A model generated the notes under the pieces. The model was not told where the DNA came from. It did no database searches and saw only the letters and a list, made by a program, of their open reading frames with translations. DNA of 64,000 nucleotides. Origin: Promethearchaeota archaeon (lineage in GTDB: Archaea; Asgardarchaeota; Lokiarchaeia; Sigyniarchaeales; SOKP01). Where the stretch lies: assembly GCA_019058245.1 (NCBI GenBank), contig JAHPZJ010000015.1, forward strand, positions 32,001 through 96,000. Direction: 5' to 3'. This document shows positions 51,826 to 62,150 of the stretch, piece after piece. How positions within the stretch are numbered: position 1 is the stretch's first letter; every line of letters starts with the position of its first letter. Both the position numbers and the translations under genes were made by a program.

Positions 51826-53157
51826 TTGGTACGTCCACAAGTAGAAAAAAATATTTGTCTTCGGTGTAAAGGTGCACGGTTATTATGTGGAAAAAAAACA
51901 TGTCCAATTTTATTAAAAAAATCCGTAATGAAGTCCTTAGTCCCCTTTGAATTAGATAAGATGAGAAGAGATGTGGAGATTTTTGGATCCAGTCCACCTG
52001 GATTTTTCGTTGGGCGTTTTAATTATCCAAATGTATATATAGGGCCATTAGTGCCATTTCAAGAATTTGAGACGGGGCTTGATATTTCAGATTATCATAT
52101 TTTAGATGCTCCTGAACTCTGGTTTGGTAAAGAAATGGTAGATGTTATTCGCTACAGGAGTAGTTTAGTAAGGAGTAATTTTAAAACAAATGTTTTCATT
52201 GGACGAAAGTCAAGAAAAAGTACTCCTTCATTAAAGACTCAAAGACTCTTAGAAACATCACAGGAATTGTCGATGGCTGCGAGACCAGTAGATACTGAAA
52301 CTAAACTTGAGCGTATGAATCTAAGAATGATGATGGATAACCATGCCTTACCAATGGGACCTTCTGGAATAACTGAAAGAATTCAAATTGCTGAAAATAC
52401 AAAAATTCATCCTCAAGTGGAATATTGTGTTTCAGATACTGATTTACCTGCAGCAGAAGCTGTTTCAGAAAACTTATATTTTAAAGGACATGTTCCTGAA
52501 TCAACAATTAAAAGAGTCTTTTCAGCAGGATTATTAGGTGAGAAAAATAGACGCAGAATTGTTCCTACTAGATGGACTATAACTGCTGTTGATGATATAA
52601 TATCTAAAGCTTTAATTAAAGAAATCAAAAAATTTCCAGAAATAAATGATTACAGGATCTTCGAAGCAACCTATCTCGATAATCATTTTAAGATTTTATT
52701 ATTTCCAGGAAAATTTATTTATGAGATGAATGAAGTTTGGGCACCTAATACATTATGGAATATTTCTCTTGATGGTAATAATCGTAATTTAAAACCACAG
52801 ATAATGACTGATTTCGAATTTTATAGTGGAAGAAAATCATATGCCAGCAATATAACTGGAGCCTATTATGCAGCAAGGAAGTCAGTTTGTGAATATCTTT
52901 ATAAAATAAGAAGACAAGCGAGAGTTTTAATTTTTCGAGAGGTTTCTGGAGGTTATGTTGTTCCACTTGGAGTATGGGTTATTAGATCGACTGTTGAGAA
53001 TGCTATGTTCACACAAGATCCTGTTATCTTAGATAATTTCAACGATTCGTTAAAAAAAATGGCAGAGGGCTTCATGGTTGATTATAAATACTGGAAAAAA
53101 AGTAGTAAATTAATTAATTTCATAAAAACTCAAGACACTTTAGATAGATTCTTATAG
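51826..53157 (+). CDS. nreA: Nre family archaeal DNA repair protein
   Basis: N-terminal CLRCKG...CG..CP, VPTRWTITAVDD, GAYYAAR, C-terminal PIP box QDTLDRF. Confidence 0.92.
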   Translation: MVRPQVEKNICLRCKGARLLCGKKTCPILLKKSVMKSLVPFELDKMRRDVEIFGSSPPGFFVGRFNYPNVYIGPLVPFQEFETGLDISDYHILDAPELWFGKEMVDVIRYRSSLVRSNFKTNVFIGRKSRKSTPSLKTQRLLETSQELSMAARPVDTETKLERMNLRMMMDNHALPMGPSGITERIQIAENTKIHPQVEYCVSDTDLPAAEAVSENLYFKGHVPESTIKRVFSAGLLGEKNRRRIVPTRWTITAVDDIISKALIKEIKKFPEINDYRIFEATYLDNHFKILLFPGKFIYEMNEVWAPNTLWNISLDGNNRNLKPQIMTDFEFYSGRKSYASNITGAYYAARKSVCEYLYKIRRQARVLIFREVSGGYVVPLGVWVIRSTVENAMFTQDPVILDNFNDSLKKMAEGFMVDYKYWKKSSKLINFIKTQDTLDRFL

Positions 53158-53482
53158 CTTTCTCAATTAAATTATGGAAATAATTCCATGATTATTGATA
53201 TACTTATTTATCCTTTTTCTAAAATAGGTAATTGAAACAATATATATTAGATACCAAACGCTATTAAAATATTAAAAATGCCATATAATTTTTCAACCTT
53301 AAGAGTTTCATATTTTTAATATTTTTTTTTAATTCTTCTATTTTATTCATCTTTTTCTTTTATTTTCAATAGCCGATTAGTTTAAAAATTATCTACACTA
53401 TTTTTAATCAATTAATTTGATTTTAGAAAAGAACTATCTTAGATTTCTGAAAAATATATATAAAATAAAATAGAAAATAATT

Positions 53483-54685
53483 ATGTCATCTAAACCTATA
53501 GTGTATTGGGCATCTCCAATTGAGGTAGCTGCTATGCCTAATACATCAAAAAATATGGTTACTAATAATCTAGTGAAGACAAGACTTATCTTAGATAAAA
53601 TCTTAGACCATATTAGACCTGGTGATAAAGTAGGAGTAAAAGTTCATGTTGGGGAAGCTCAAAATACACGCTATTTACGTCCAGATTATGTTCGTGAAGT
53701 AGTAACTGCTATTAAAGCCAAACAAGGAAAACCAACACTTATTGAAACTCAAGGTCTTGGAAATAATATTGAAAATATTGGAATATGTGAAGATTATTCT
53801 ATATGTGTTGGTCATCGGAAAAACGTTGAAGATCATAAAAAAATAGCTGAACTCCATGGATATTCAGATGCCATCACAGGAGCATCTCTTTACTTCATTG
53901 ACGGAGATGAAGGAATCGATAGGAAAGTTATTCAGATAGAAGGAATTCATTTCAAAGAGGTTTCCGTAGCAAAAAAATTATTTGAATTTGATAAACTTGT
54001 AATAATTTCTCATTTTAAAGGACATCCCCAAGCGGGATTCGGGGGTGCTCTAAAAAATTTGGGGATTGGATGTGTATCTAAAAGAAATAAGTATTTAGCT
54101 CATTTAGATGGGCTACTCAAAATAAATATAGAAAAATGTGATCTTACATTATGTCAGCAAGAGTGTGTAAACTCATGCCCAGTGAGTGCTATTAAAGTTG
54201 ATGGTGAACATGCTATAATTGATGCTTCTGTCTGCTATGGATGTTCTCATTGTATGCGAAAATGTCCTGTTGAAGAAGCAATAATAGGACCAGAAATGAG
54301 AAAAGTTCCTGATTTTGTCGAGAGATTTATAGATAATGTTTTGGCTGTTCTAAGTTTTGGACCTAAAAAAATTCGCTATATTAATTTTGCAATTGATATT
54401 CCAGCTATGTGTGATTGTGTTCCAAATGCTAGTGTACCAGTAGTACCAGATCTCGGGATTTATGGATCAACTGATCCTATAGCTATTGATAAAGCTTGTA
54501 TTGATGCGGAAACAAATGCTCCAGGCCTTCCTTTCTTAAATAAGGATGGAGAATGGACCAAACCACTTGAAGTGGGGATTGAAAAATTTAAAACTCTAAA
54601 TCCTATGGTAAATCCAGCATATCAATTCAATGCTGCTATTAAGAATAAACTTGGTTCCATAGACTATGAACTAGTAAAGATATAA
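53483..54685 (+). CDS. DUF362 family Fe-S protein
   Basis: VKVHVGE, SHFKGH..AGFGGALKNLGIGC, ferredoxin Cys motifs, CDC, DPIAIDKAC. Confidence 0.88.
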   Translation: MSSKPIVYWASPIEVAAMPNTSKNMVTNNLVKTRLILDKILDHIRPGDKVGVKVHVGEAQNTRYLRPDYVREVVTAIKAKQGKPTLIETQGLGNNIENIGICEDYSICVGHRKNVEDHKKIAELHGYSDAITGASLYFIDGDEGIDRKVIQIEGIHFKEVSVAKKLFEFDKLVIISHFKGHPQAGFGGALKNLGIGCVSKRNKYLAHLDGLLKINIEKCDLTLCQQECVNSCPVSAIKVDGEHAIIDASVCYGCSHCMRKCPVEEAIIGPEMRKVPDFVERFIDNVLAVLSFGPKKIRYINFAIDIPAMCDCVPNASVPVVPDLGIYGSTDPIAIDKACIDAETNAPGLPFLNKDGEWTKPLEVGIEKFKTLNPMVNPAYQFNAAIKNKLGSIDYELVKI

Positions 54686-54709
54686 AAATTATTTATTTTT
54701 ATTTTTAAC

Positions 54710-55069
54710 TTATTCATCTATAATATTACTAAATAAATTTCCAAAAAGATTTATTTGTCCACTAACAATACCTCTTGAGATATACATAAACGGAGTATCT
54801 ACAACACAAAAAAACCATTTAGTTAAAATTTGCCCTCAAAGAATTGACCAAATAGGTATCAAAACACTAGAAGCAATATTTACAAAAATAATACTACCCA
54901 GCGTAAGTGTAGGGATATCAATAAATACATTTCTTAACCATAGTTTTTTATCTTTTGTCACCCTTTTATACTTGGCAAATAAAAGCGCATCAATGTTTTC
55001 GGTTATTAAGAAAGCAATCCAAAAAGCTGCTGTTATTCTTAGTGTCGATTTTTTAAAAAATTGTTGTAT
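54710..55069 (-). pseudogene. Truncated queuosine-precursor transporter (YhhQ/VUT family) remnant with internal TGA
   Basis: RITAAFWIAFLITENID...KKLWLRN...IL*GQILTKW...DTPFMY; N-terminal half absent; TGA at 54836-54838. Confidence 0.7.
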
Positions 55070-55070
55070 T

Positions 55071-55592
55071 TTAAATATCTAATCTAATTTTTATAATATC
55101 AAAAATTAATATTCCGATTGTTGCTAGAATTACCTCAGCTATTAATACTTGAATAAAACTCAACCAGATAGGCAATCCAAAAGCATAATTAAGTGCAATC
55201 GCAACATAAATCGAAATTATAATCGCGTACAAAATCCCACCCAAATATTTCAGAAGTTTTTTTTCTCTAAAGATTATAATACAATAAAGCGCTGGCACGT
55301 TCACGATACAACTAATTAAGTCAATCGCTCCTAAGGGTGAGTTCAGATTTACAAAGAATACTCCAATAACTTTTCCAATCAATCCTTCCCGAGGAAATAA
55401 AATACACATCCCTACAATTAGTTCAGCTACCCTGAATTGTAATCCAAGATAGCTTATCGGTTGGAAAATATATCCTAGGGCGATATAGAGAGCAGCAGTA
55501 ATAGCAGTCAATGCTACTTGGAGACTTTTATCTCTTTCTTTTAATTTTTCAAATTTATTATCCTGTGATTTACTTATACTTTCCGATTCCAT
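55071..55592 (-). CDS. queT: QueT family transporter
   Basis: AALYIAL...PISYLGLQFRVAE, NLNSPLGAID. Confidence 0.8.
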   Translation of the reverse strand: MESESISKSQDNKFEKLKERDKSLQVALTAITAALYIALGYIFQPISYLGLQFRVAELIVGMCILFPREGLIGKVIGVFFVNLNSPLGAIDLISCIVNVPALYCIIIFREKKLLKYLGGILYAIIISIYVAIALNYAFGLPIWLSFIQVLIAEVILATIGILIFDIIKIRLDI

Positions 55593-55914
55593 ATTTTACA
55601 CCTTTGATTTTCTATGATAATTCAATATTTCTATTTACAGTCCCATCCTAAAGGAACTTCAAAACATATTATTATAATGTGTTGAATATTAGAAAAATTA
55701 TAAAGTTTATTTTCTAAATATTTGTAAATTAGAATAATTTTTTTCAAGAAATAAATCGATTTTGTAGAATAATTTTATTCAAATAGATTCACAATAGAAC
55801 ACCAATGAATATATATTCTATTGTAATAGAAACCTTAGTTTTAAAAATGTGTTATTTCTTATTTAGATTAATTTCAGTTTTTTTAAAAACTAGCTTTAGA
55901 AAAGGTTGATTTAA

Positions 55915-58900
55915 ATGAATATTCCCCAGAAGAAAAAGTCAATTTCTATAATAATCGCGATAAATTGTATTATTTTATTTTCAAATATTATTAATATATC
56001 TATTTTTAATCTGTCTTCCAACGAAGGTGGTTCAGATGAGGATCTTGAGGTTAAAATTCCCGATAATATCAAACTTGCTAATAATAATGATCCAGAAATA
56101 GAAATTGGATCTATTGAAAATCGAGAAGGAAAAATTTTTTGTGATATAAGTACTTCAGATACTGATTTATATGTTAATCGATATCAACCAGGATTAAGTA
56201 TTCAACCCGAATTGTTTCTTCAAAATTGGAATATAACACACGCTAGAATGCAATTTGAGAATATTTATGCCTTAAATTACACAAAAAATATTGAAACAGA
56301 ATATTCAGAATATATTGTGAGTTCTGAAAAAGGGCCTAAATACATTTATCAGATGTTTTCTGTAGAATTGAGTCAATATGTTAATAATGTGAGTATTTTT
56401 ATTTTAGACGTCTTTAATCCTGCAAATTATACAGATTGGGAAATTGCTATTGTAAATTGTTCTAATAGTGGGACACCTAATCAATTTGAGACACTGGGAA
56501 AATTGAGGAAATCAGTACCAATTGGAATGAATGCAAAGCCTCATTGGGAAACCTTTGATTTTAAAAATTCTGATGGTTCTATTTATTTAAATAAATCTAA
56601 TACATATAGAACAGTAGAAAATGAAATAAATAAATATTGGTTTGCAATAAGGGTAGAGATACCTTGTGGAAATCCTGCTCAAAACCTAAAATTTCTATAT
56701 TTCAACCCAGATGGAGATACTTATTCCGATATAGGAGAAGGAGAAACATTTGCCCAATCCCCAGAATTTACTTTTGATAATTATACTTTAAACTATGTTA
56801 AAGAAAATCGTACTATAAATGGAACAATTATTAAAGGAGGAATAGAATCTTTTAAAAATTGGACTGATGATAATAGATATATAGTAGAAAATGAATCACG
56901 ATTTGTTAATATAACAACTAGATTTGAGTTAGAAGAATTAAAAAACTCCAGATTGAATTGGTCTCAATTAAATAAAACCCTTTTATGGGGTATTAAGCAT
57001 AATGATCTTAATTGGTGGATTAGAGATCATTATAAATATGTTTATAGTATTGACTTAAATCTTGCAATAAATGTAAGTAATAAGGATGGGATTAAAAATG
57101 CTAATTTAACTTTTTTTAATTGGATAGATAAAGTTTGGAATACATCTTATGTTATCTCTTTTGAAAATTTAACACAAACAGATGAAATGTTAATAAATTA
57201 TAGAATAAAAGATCCAATTACTAAAGCAATTTACATAGTAGCAGGTATTAATAGTAAAGAAAATCAAAATAATTCTCTTAAATTTAAATTTGAATATGAA
57301 AGCAATGGAACAAGTGATTTTAATGTTTCAATTAATCAATTTACTGTGGAGATTGGAGAATTAGAAGAACTTACAACAATCCAACCACATGACCCCCAAA
57401 TACAAAAGCTCTATTATTGTAATAATGTTACTCAATCAAATGGGACAATGGATTTTGAATCAGACGGAACTATTGAAGCTTTGAAATTTAATAATGATGA
57501 TAAAAGAATTCAAAATAGAGCAGAAACAAACAATATTTCAATCGAATTTACCTTTGATGTTTTAACTGAGCTAAACAATTCACTATGGGATGTAGACTTC
57601 TATGATTGGATAACAGTTAATCCATATCCTATAATTCCTATAACGGAAATTAGGGTACAATCGAATGTTAGCATCAGTCATAAAAATAACATCACCTTAG
57701 CAGTTTTAGAATTCTTTAAAGGAAACAATACGAGCGAATTTCTTTCAGATGAGCAAAATGATGCGTCTTGGATTCGTGTTAGTGAAACTAATAGAACTTT
57801 TGCTTTTACCGAAGAACAAACAGAACTGGTATATCTAGATGCCGGTTTTACATGGATTTTCTTACAATTTCTAAATAGGAGCAATAATAATACTATTAAA
57901 ATGCGGTTAAGATATCAAACTAATGTGTCTGATGGAGACCCTGACTGGGCATTTAATGTATCAATAAATCATGTGAGCATTAATTTTTATATACAAAATG
58001 CTTATTCTTCTGATATAGCTTCGAAAATAGGTTTAGGTTTGAAAAGTGCAACTTTATCTCCAAGTCTTATTAAGATGCAAAATTTAGGTTTAAATATCAC
58101 CGATAATGGTTATCAAAGAGGAATTTGGGAAGCCGATATAAGTGATGGATCTCCAACTGAAGCTTTTTTCAATTTTAATGTGACATCTATTTGGCCAGAA
58201 ATTATTTTTGATGTTAGTGGAATTTATACAATAGAACATTCTCAGAGTTATATTTGGGAATATAAGTTAGATGATTCTGTACAAAAGGTTCTATGGAATG
58301 TAAGTTCAGATATTTCCTACTATGATTATATTGATTATACTACTTTGCAGAATAGTCAGGGTTTACAAATTATTGTTCCATCAGATTGGGAATTAATGGA
58401 AATTTATGATTGTTCTGTTTCCCCGCCCAATCCCAATGGAGGGTGGTTTTCAACCAGTCAATCTGCTGGTCATTTTAACACAATAACAGTATATAATATA
58501 TATGATGGTTCTTGGAAGATAAGCTTGAATTCATCAAAAAGTACACTCTTATTGAACGTAAATTCAACCAGTACATACATTGATAAAATGATAAAAACAG
58601 ACATCGATATTAAAGAAAATTATGGGGGGAATATATATTTAAAAATTTATAACTCTAGCTCAGCCCTTATTTTTAGTCAAATTACTACACTAAATGAAAG
58701 TAGCTTAGAACATTCAGCTTCTTATTATTGGGATATTTTTTCAACAACAACATCAGGGGGAACTTATTACTTAAAAGCTTTTTGGATTTTATATAATGAA
58801 ACACATACGTTTCTGGCGTTAAATATAACAGAAATTGTGGTATCTAAATATAAAGTTGCTCTAGAAATACTAAATAATCAAGAATTATCTAAAACCCATA

Positions 58901-59958
58901 TTTTTGGAGACAATATCCTAATCAAAGGAAAATTAACTAATAATGAAACAGGAGCGGACATTGATGGGGAACTGGTTATAGGTAAGGTTTATGATAAAGA
59001 TCAAAATTTGATAGATAATTCTTTACGTGATATTACCAATAACGAAGGAATAATCCATATTGAATATCATTTGCCAAGTGAAGTTCGCTCCATCTCTATT
59101 GAATTAGTGTATAATACATCAGGTACATATTATTCTGCTGGACAAAACTTGCAAACTCTCAAAATAAATCAAATATCTCAACTAGAAAATGATCTCAAGG
59201 AATTCCTTAAATATTTACCATATATAGTAGCTATTTTAGTAATTGCTCTAGCTACCGTAGTGGGGTTGAGATATAGAAAAATCAAATTAAGAAGAATTTG
59301 GGCAGGAGAAGCTATGATTTTAGATGATTTACTAAAAATATCCCATGTTATGATTATTCATAAAGATGTGGGTGTTTCGATATATGATAAACAATTTTCA
59401 TTAGAGGATATTGATGCTGATCTAATTTCTGGCTTCCTTCATGCAATCTCACAATTCAGAAGTGAGATTAAGAAAGGAACTAGCCCTGATGAGGGCAAGG
59501 GATTTGAAATGGATTATGGAGATTTTAAAATTGTGCTTAGCGATGGAAATTATATTAGGACGGCATTAATTCTTGATGGAATACCTTCAGAAAAACTTAA
59601 AGAAAATCAACTATTATTCACAGAAGAATTTGAGAAGACATTTGAAACTCTATTGAAAGAATTTGATGGTGATGTAACAGAATTTAGAAAATCAGACGCG
59701 CTAATTGAGAAGTATTTCAATATAAGTTTAACTTACCCACTTCAATTAGCAAAACATTATGAACTTATTAAGGTTAAAGGATTAGATAAAGCTCTTGTTG
59801 AAGTTGCTGACCAAATTCAAAAAGAAAAAAAGTTCTTCTTTACTTCGAACCTTTTAAATTATGCTTTAGCGGGAAGAAAAGCCTCTCGCGATGAAATAGT
59901 AAGTATTATAATTGATTTAAAAAGAAGAGGAGTAATAATTCCCGCATTAGAGGAATAA
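55915..59958 (+). CDS. Large single-pass surface protein with cytoplasmic longin-like domain
   Basis: Signal/TM at N-terminus, about 1050 aa rich in N-x-S/T, TM YIVAILVIALATVVGL, then DADLISGFLHAISQFRSEI longin-type helix. Confidence 0.7.
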   Translation: MNIPQKKKSISIIIAINCIILFSNIINISIFNLSSNEGGSDEDLEVKIPDNIKLANNNDPEIEIGSIENREGKIFCDISTSDTDLYVNRYQPGLSIQPELFLQNWNITHARMQFENIYALNYTKNIETEYSEYIVSSEKGPKYIYQMFSVELSQYVNNVSIFILDVFNPANYTDWEIAIVNCSNSGTPNQFETLGKLRKSVPIGMNAKPHWETFDFKNSDGSIYLNKSNTYRTVENEINKYWFAIRVEIPCGNPAQNLKFLYFNPDGDTYSDIGEGETFAQSPEFTFDNYTLNYVKENRTINGTIIKGGIESFKNWTDDNRYIVENESRFVNITTRFELEELKNSRLNWSQLNKTLLWGIKHNDLNWWIRDHYKYVYSIDLNLAINVSNKDGIKNANLTFFNWIDKVWNTSYVISFENLTQTDEMLINYRIKDPITKAIYIVAGINSKENQNNSLKFKFEYESNGTSDFNVSINQFTVEIGELEELTTIQPHDPQIQKLYYCNNVTQSNGTMDFESDGTIEALKFNNDDKRIQNRAETNNISIEFTFDVLTELNNSLWDVDFYDWITVNPYPIIPITEIRVQSNVSISHKNNITLAVLEFFKGNNTSEFLSDEQNDASWIRVSETNRTFAFTEEQTELVYLDAGFTWIFLQFLNRSNNNTIKMRLRYQTNVSDGDPDWAFNVSINHVSINFYIQNAYSSDIASKIGLGLKSATLSPSLIKMQNLGLNITDNGYQRGIWEADISDGSPTEAFFNFNVTSIWPEIIFDVSGIYTIEHSQSYIWEYKLDDSVQKVLWNVSSDISYYDYIDYTTLQNSQGLQIIVPSDWELMEIYDCSVSPPNPNGGWFSTSQSAGHFNTITVYNIYDGSWKISLNSSKSTLLLNVNSTSTYIDKMIKTDIDIKENYGGNIYLKIYNSSSALIFSQITTLNESSLEHSASYYWDIFSTTTSGGTYYLKAFWILYNETHTFLALNITEIVVSKYKVALEILNNQELSKTHIFGDNILIKGKLTNNETGADIDGELVIGKVYDKDQNLIDNSLRDITNNEGIIHIEYHLPSEVRSISIELVYNTSGTYYSAGQNLQTLKINQISQLENDLKEFLKYLPYIVAILVIALATVVGLRYRKIKLRRIWAGEAMILDDLLKISHVMIIHKDVGVSIYDKQFSLEDIDADLISGFLHAISQFRSEIKKGTSPDEGKGFEMDYGDFKIVLSDGNYIRTALILDGIPSEKLKENQLLFTEEFEKTFETLLKEFDGDVTEFRKSDALIEKYFNISLTYPLQLAKHYELIKVKGLDKALVEVADQIQKEKKFFFTSNLLNYALAGRKASRDEIVSIIIDLKRRGVIIPALEE

Positions 59959-60066
59959 AAATCAAAAAGAATTTTTTTAATCCTTAAATTATATCATTTT
60001 ATTTCATATCATTATCAATAAAGGGAATGTAAAATAAAGCAGACTGAGATTGAGACTACATTAAAA

Positions 60067-61329
60067 TTGATTTTAAAGTTTATCAATGGAGAAACTCGTT
60101 CATTACCATTAAAAATACGTAAAAATCCTGAAATTATTCACTACTATAATGAAATAATACGTTTTTGGAATAAATTAAACTTTATTATTAAAAGTTCACT
60201 CAAATATTCTAAACCTTTAGAAATTGATCAATATCCTAAGTATCTCTATGCTGCTTTCAAAATATTATGGGAACACACATCTGAGAAGAATATTCTAATT
60301 GAATTAAAAGATATAGATAGAAAATTCTTAAAAAAAGTTAGGACTTTTTCTTGGGATAAAGCTTTAAAACACAAAAATCAAAGAGAAAAACTCAGTATTT
60401 TAACCGCGACACCCAGTTTTATGATTGAACATCTCCTTACGGTAATGAATCTAGAATTCCTGAAGACTAATATTGAATTTATGAATGGATTAAATAATAT
60501 TGAAATAACTGTAAGAATTAATAATCTTCTTGAAAAATCTAATTTACAGAATTTAATACCACATATTAAGGAAAGTCTTAAACAGGATAAAATTGAATTT
60601 ATTGAAGATCTCAATGTTCCCGAATTACTATGGATACCAATCTCTCAGAAGAATAAAGTAATTAAAAATCAACTCTACCAAAAAGGGAATTTAATTTTCC
60701 AAGATAAAGCTTCCGCAGCAGTTATTCAAGTCTTATCACCAAAAAAAGAAGAAAAAGTATGTGATATGTGTGCTGCTCCAGGAATTAAGACAAGTTTAAT
60801 AGCACAATATATGAATAATAAGGGGTATATAATAGCGGGAGAATTTCTTCCTGAAAGAGCAGAAATTATGAGATTATTACTCAATAAATTAAATGTTTCA
60901 AATGTATACATTTTAAATACTGATAGTATAGTTTTTCCCATTCGATTTCAAGAATATTTTGATTGTGTTTTATTAGATGCTCCTTGCACAGGATCAGGTG
61001 CCCTTTTAGCGACTCCTGAGTTAAAGTGGCGACAAAACAGAGGATTCTTGCAACAAAATATTATCTTACAGAAAAAATTACTTGAAAATGCTCTTAACCT
61101 CTTGAAACCTGATGGTGTTTTAGTATATTCTACTTGTAGTCTTTATCCAGAGGAGGGTGAATATCAAATATTAGAATTTGTAGATCATCTTAAACCATTG
61201 GATTTACCTAATTGGTTCTCTCCAAGTTATAAAATTAATGATAAATTCATTCAGGGAACAGGAAGGTTATTTCCTTCAATTCATCATACTCAAGGTTTTT
61301 TCATAGGAAAATTCAAAAAAAAAGTATAA
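60067..61329 (+). CDS. RsmB/NOP2/Sun family RNA m5C methyltransferase
   Basis: QDKAS, DMCAAPGIKT, DAPCTG, YSTCS. Confidence 0.92.
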   Translation: MILKFINGETRSLPLKIRKNPEIIHYYNEIIRFWNKLNFIIKSSLKYSKPLEIDQYPKYLYAAFKILWEHTSEKNILIELKDIDRKFLKKVRTFSWDKALKHKNQREKLSILTATPSFMIEHLLTVMNLEFLKTNIEFMNGLNNIEITVRINNLLEKSNLQNLIPHIKESLKQDKIEFIEDLNVPELLWIPISQKNKVIKNQLYQKGNLIFQDKASAAVIQVLSPKKEEKVCDMCAAPGIKTSLIAQYMNNKGYIIAGEFLPERAEIMRLLLNKLNVSNVYILNTDSIVFPIRFQEYFDCVLLDAPCTGSGALLATPELKWRQNRGFLQQNIILQKKLLENALNLLKPDGVLVYSTCSLYPEEGEYQILEFVDHLKPLDLPNWFSPSYKINDKFIQGTGRLFPSIHHTQGFFIGKFKKKV

Positions 61330-61340
61330 TTAAATCCATC

Positions 61341-62147
61341 ATGTCAAAAAGAAAATTTTGGACAGTAGGTCAGATTGATGCAACTGGTGTACGAGGTCCT
61401 CATGAGAAAGAGCTTGAAGATATAAGCAACGCAAAATACGAGCTCTTTGTAGATCTGGATCTTACTATTCTAAAGGAAATAGTGAATAATGAATTAGGAG
61501 GTAAAATTGAAAATATTGGATTTAATGAGGACTGGACAATTACTATTGAAATGTTTCCAGAAGTCAATATCCATATTGCTTATTCATATTTTGGAGATGA
61601 GTTTGGGGATGGTATTGAGGCTGAATTTAAGTATTATTTCTCAGGTGAGCATGTTACTTGGGTTCCTGGTGAAGATAGTGCGACTTTTATTGATATTACT
61701 ATGGACTTTATTGAAAGACTATTAAAAAAAGAAGAACCTTTCGAAAAAAATTATGATAAAAAAACAGAATTGATGGAAAAAGTTTTAGTACAGAGAAATG
61801 AGCCATTCTCCTTTCTAAGAGAGGAAAAAAAAAATGAATTAGCTGAATTTATAGGAGGAAAGGTGTGGAAAACCACAGAAGGTTGGCGAATGAAACGCGA
61901 AATCTTTCCTCAAATATTTATAGAACTCATGTGGGATAAAGAAAAAGGGCTTGGTATTTCCTTTTCAGGAGAAAAATTAACCAATATAGGTAGCTATCAT
62001 TTGGAACTTATTGGAATTTTCCTGATCAATCACATTCTTCGATTTATTACCATAAAGAATGAAAATCAAAAACTTCCTGACATATGCTATGTTATGTTTT
62101 CAAGAATGTATACAAAAGAAAAAGGATGGGAACATAGAAAAAGATAA
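61341..62147 (+). CDS. Hypothetical protein with internal duplication (DUF3786-like)
   Basis: Two GGK...W...E(M/I)FP...FSGE repeats. Confidence 0.5.
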   Translation: MSKRKFWTVGQIDATGVRGPHEKELEDISNAKYELFVDLDLTILKEIVNNELGGKIENIGFNEDWTITIEMFPEVNIHIAYSYFGDEFGDGIEAEFKYYFSGEHVTWVPGEDSATFIDITMDFIERLLKKEEPFEKNYDKKTELMEKVLVQRNEPFSFLREEKKNELAEFIGGKVWKTTEGWRMKREIFPQIFIELMWDKEKGLGISFSGEKLTNIGSYHLELIGIFLINHILRFITIKNENQKLPDICYVMFSRMYTKEKGWEHRKR

Positions 62148-62150
62148 AAA

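Noticed and set aside
54836-54838. In-frame TGA as possible selenocysteine
   Set aside because: Lies in a hydrophobic helix of a truncated transporter, not at a catalytic Cys position; no SECIS-like hairpin seen downstream
1418-61725. Many short track ORFs antisense to or nested in longer genes (e.g. 1418-1630, 3870-4187, 39619-40008, 51713-51997, 61507-61725)
   Set aside because: Shadow ORFs of well-supported genes with no motifs of their own
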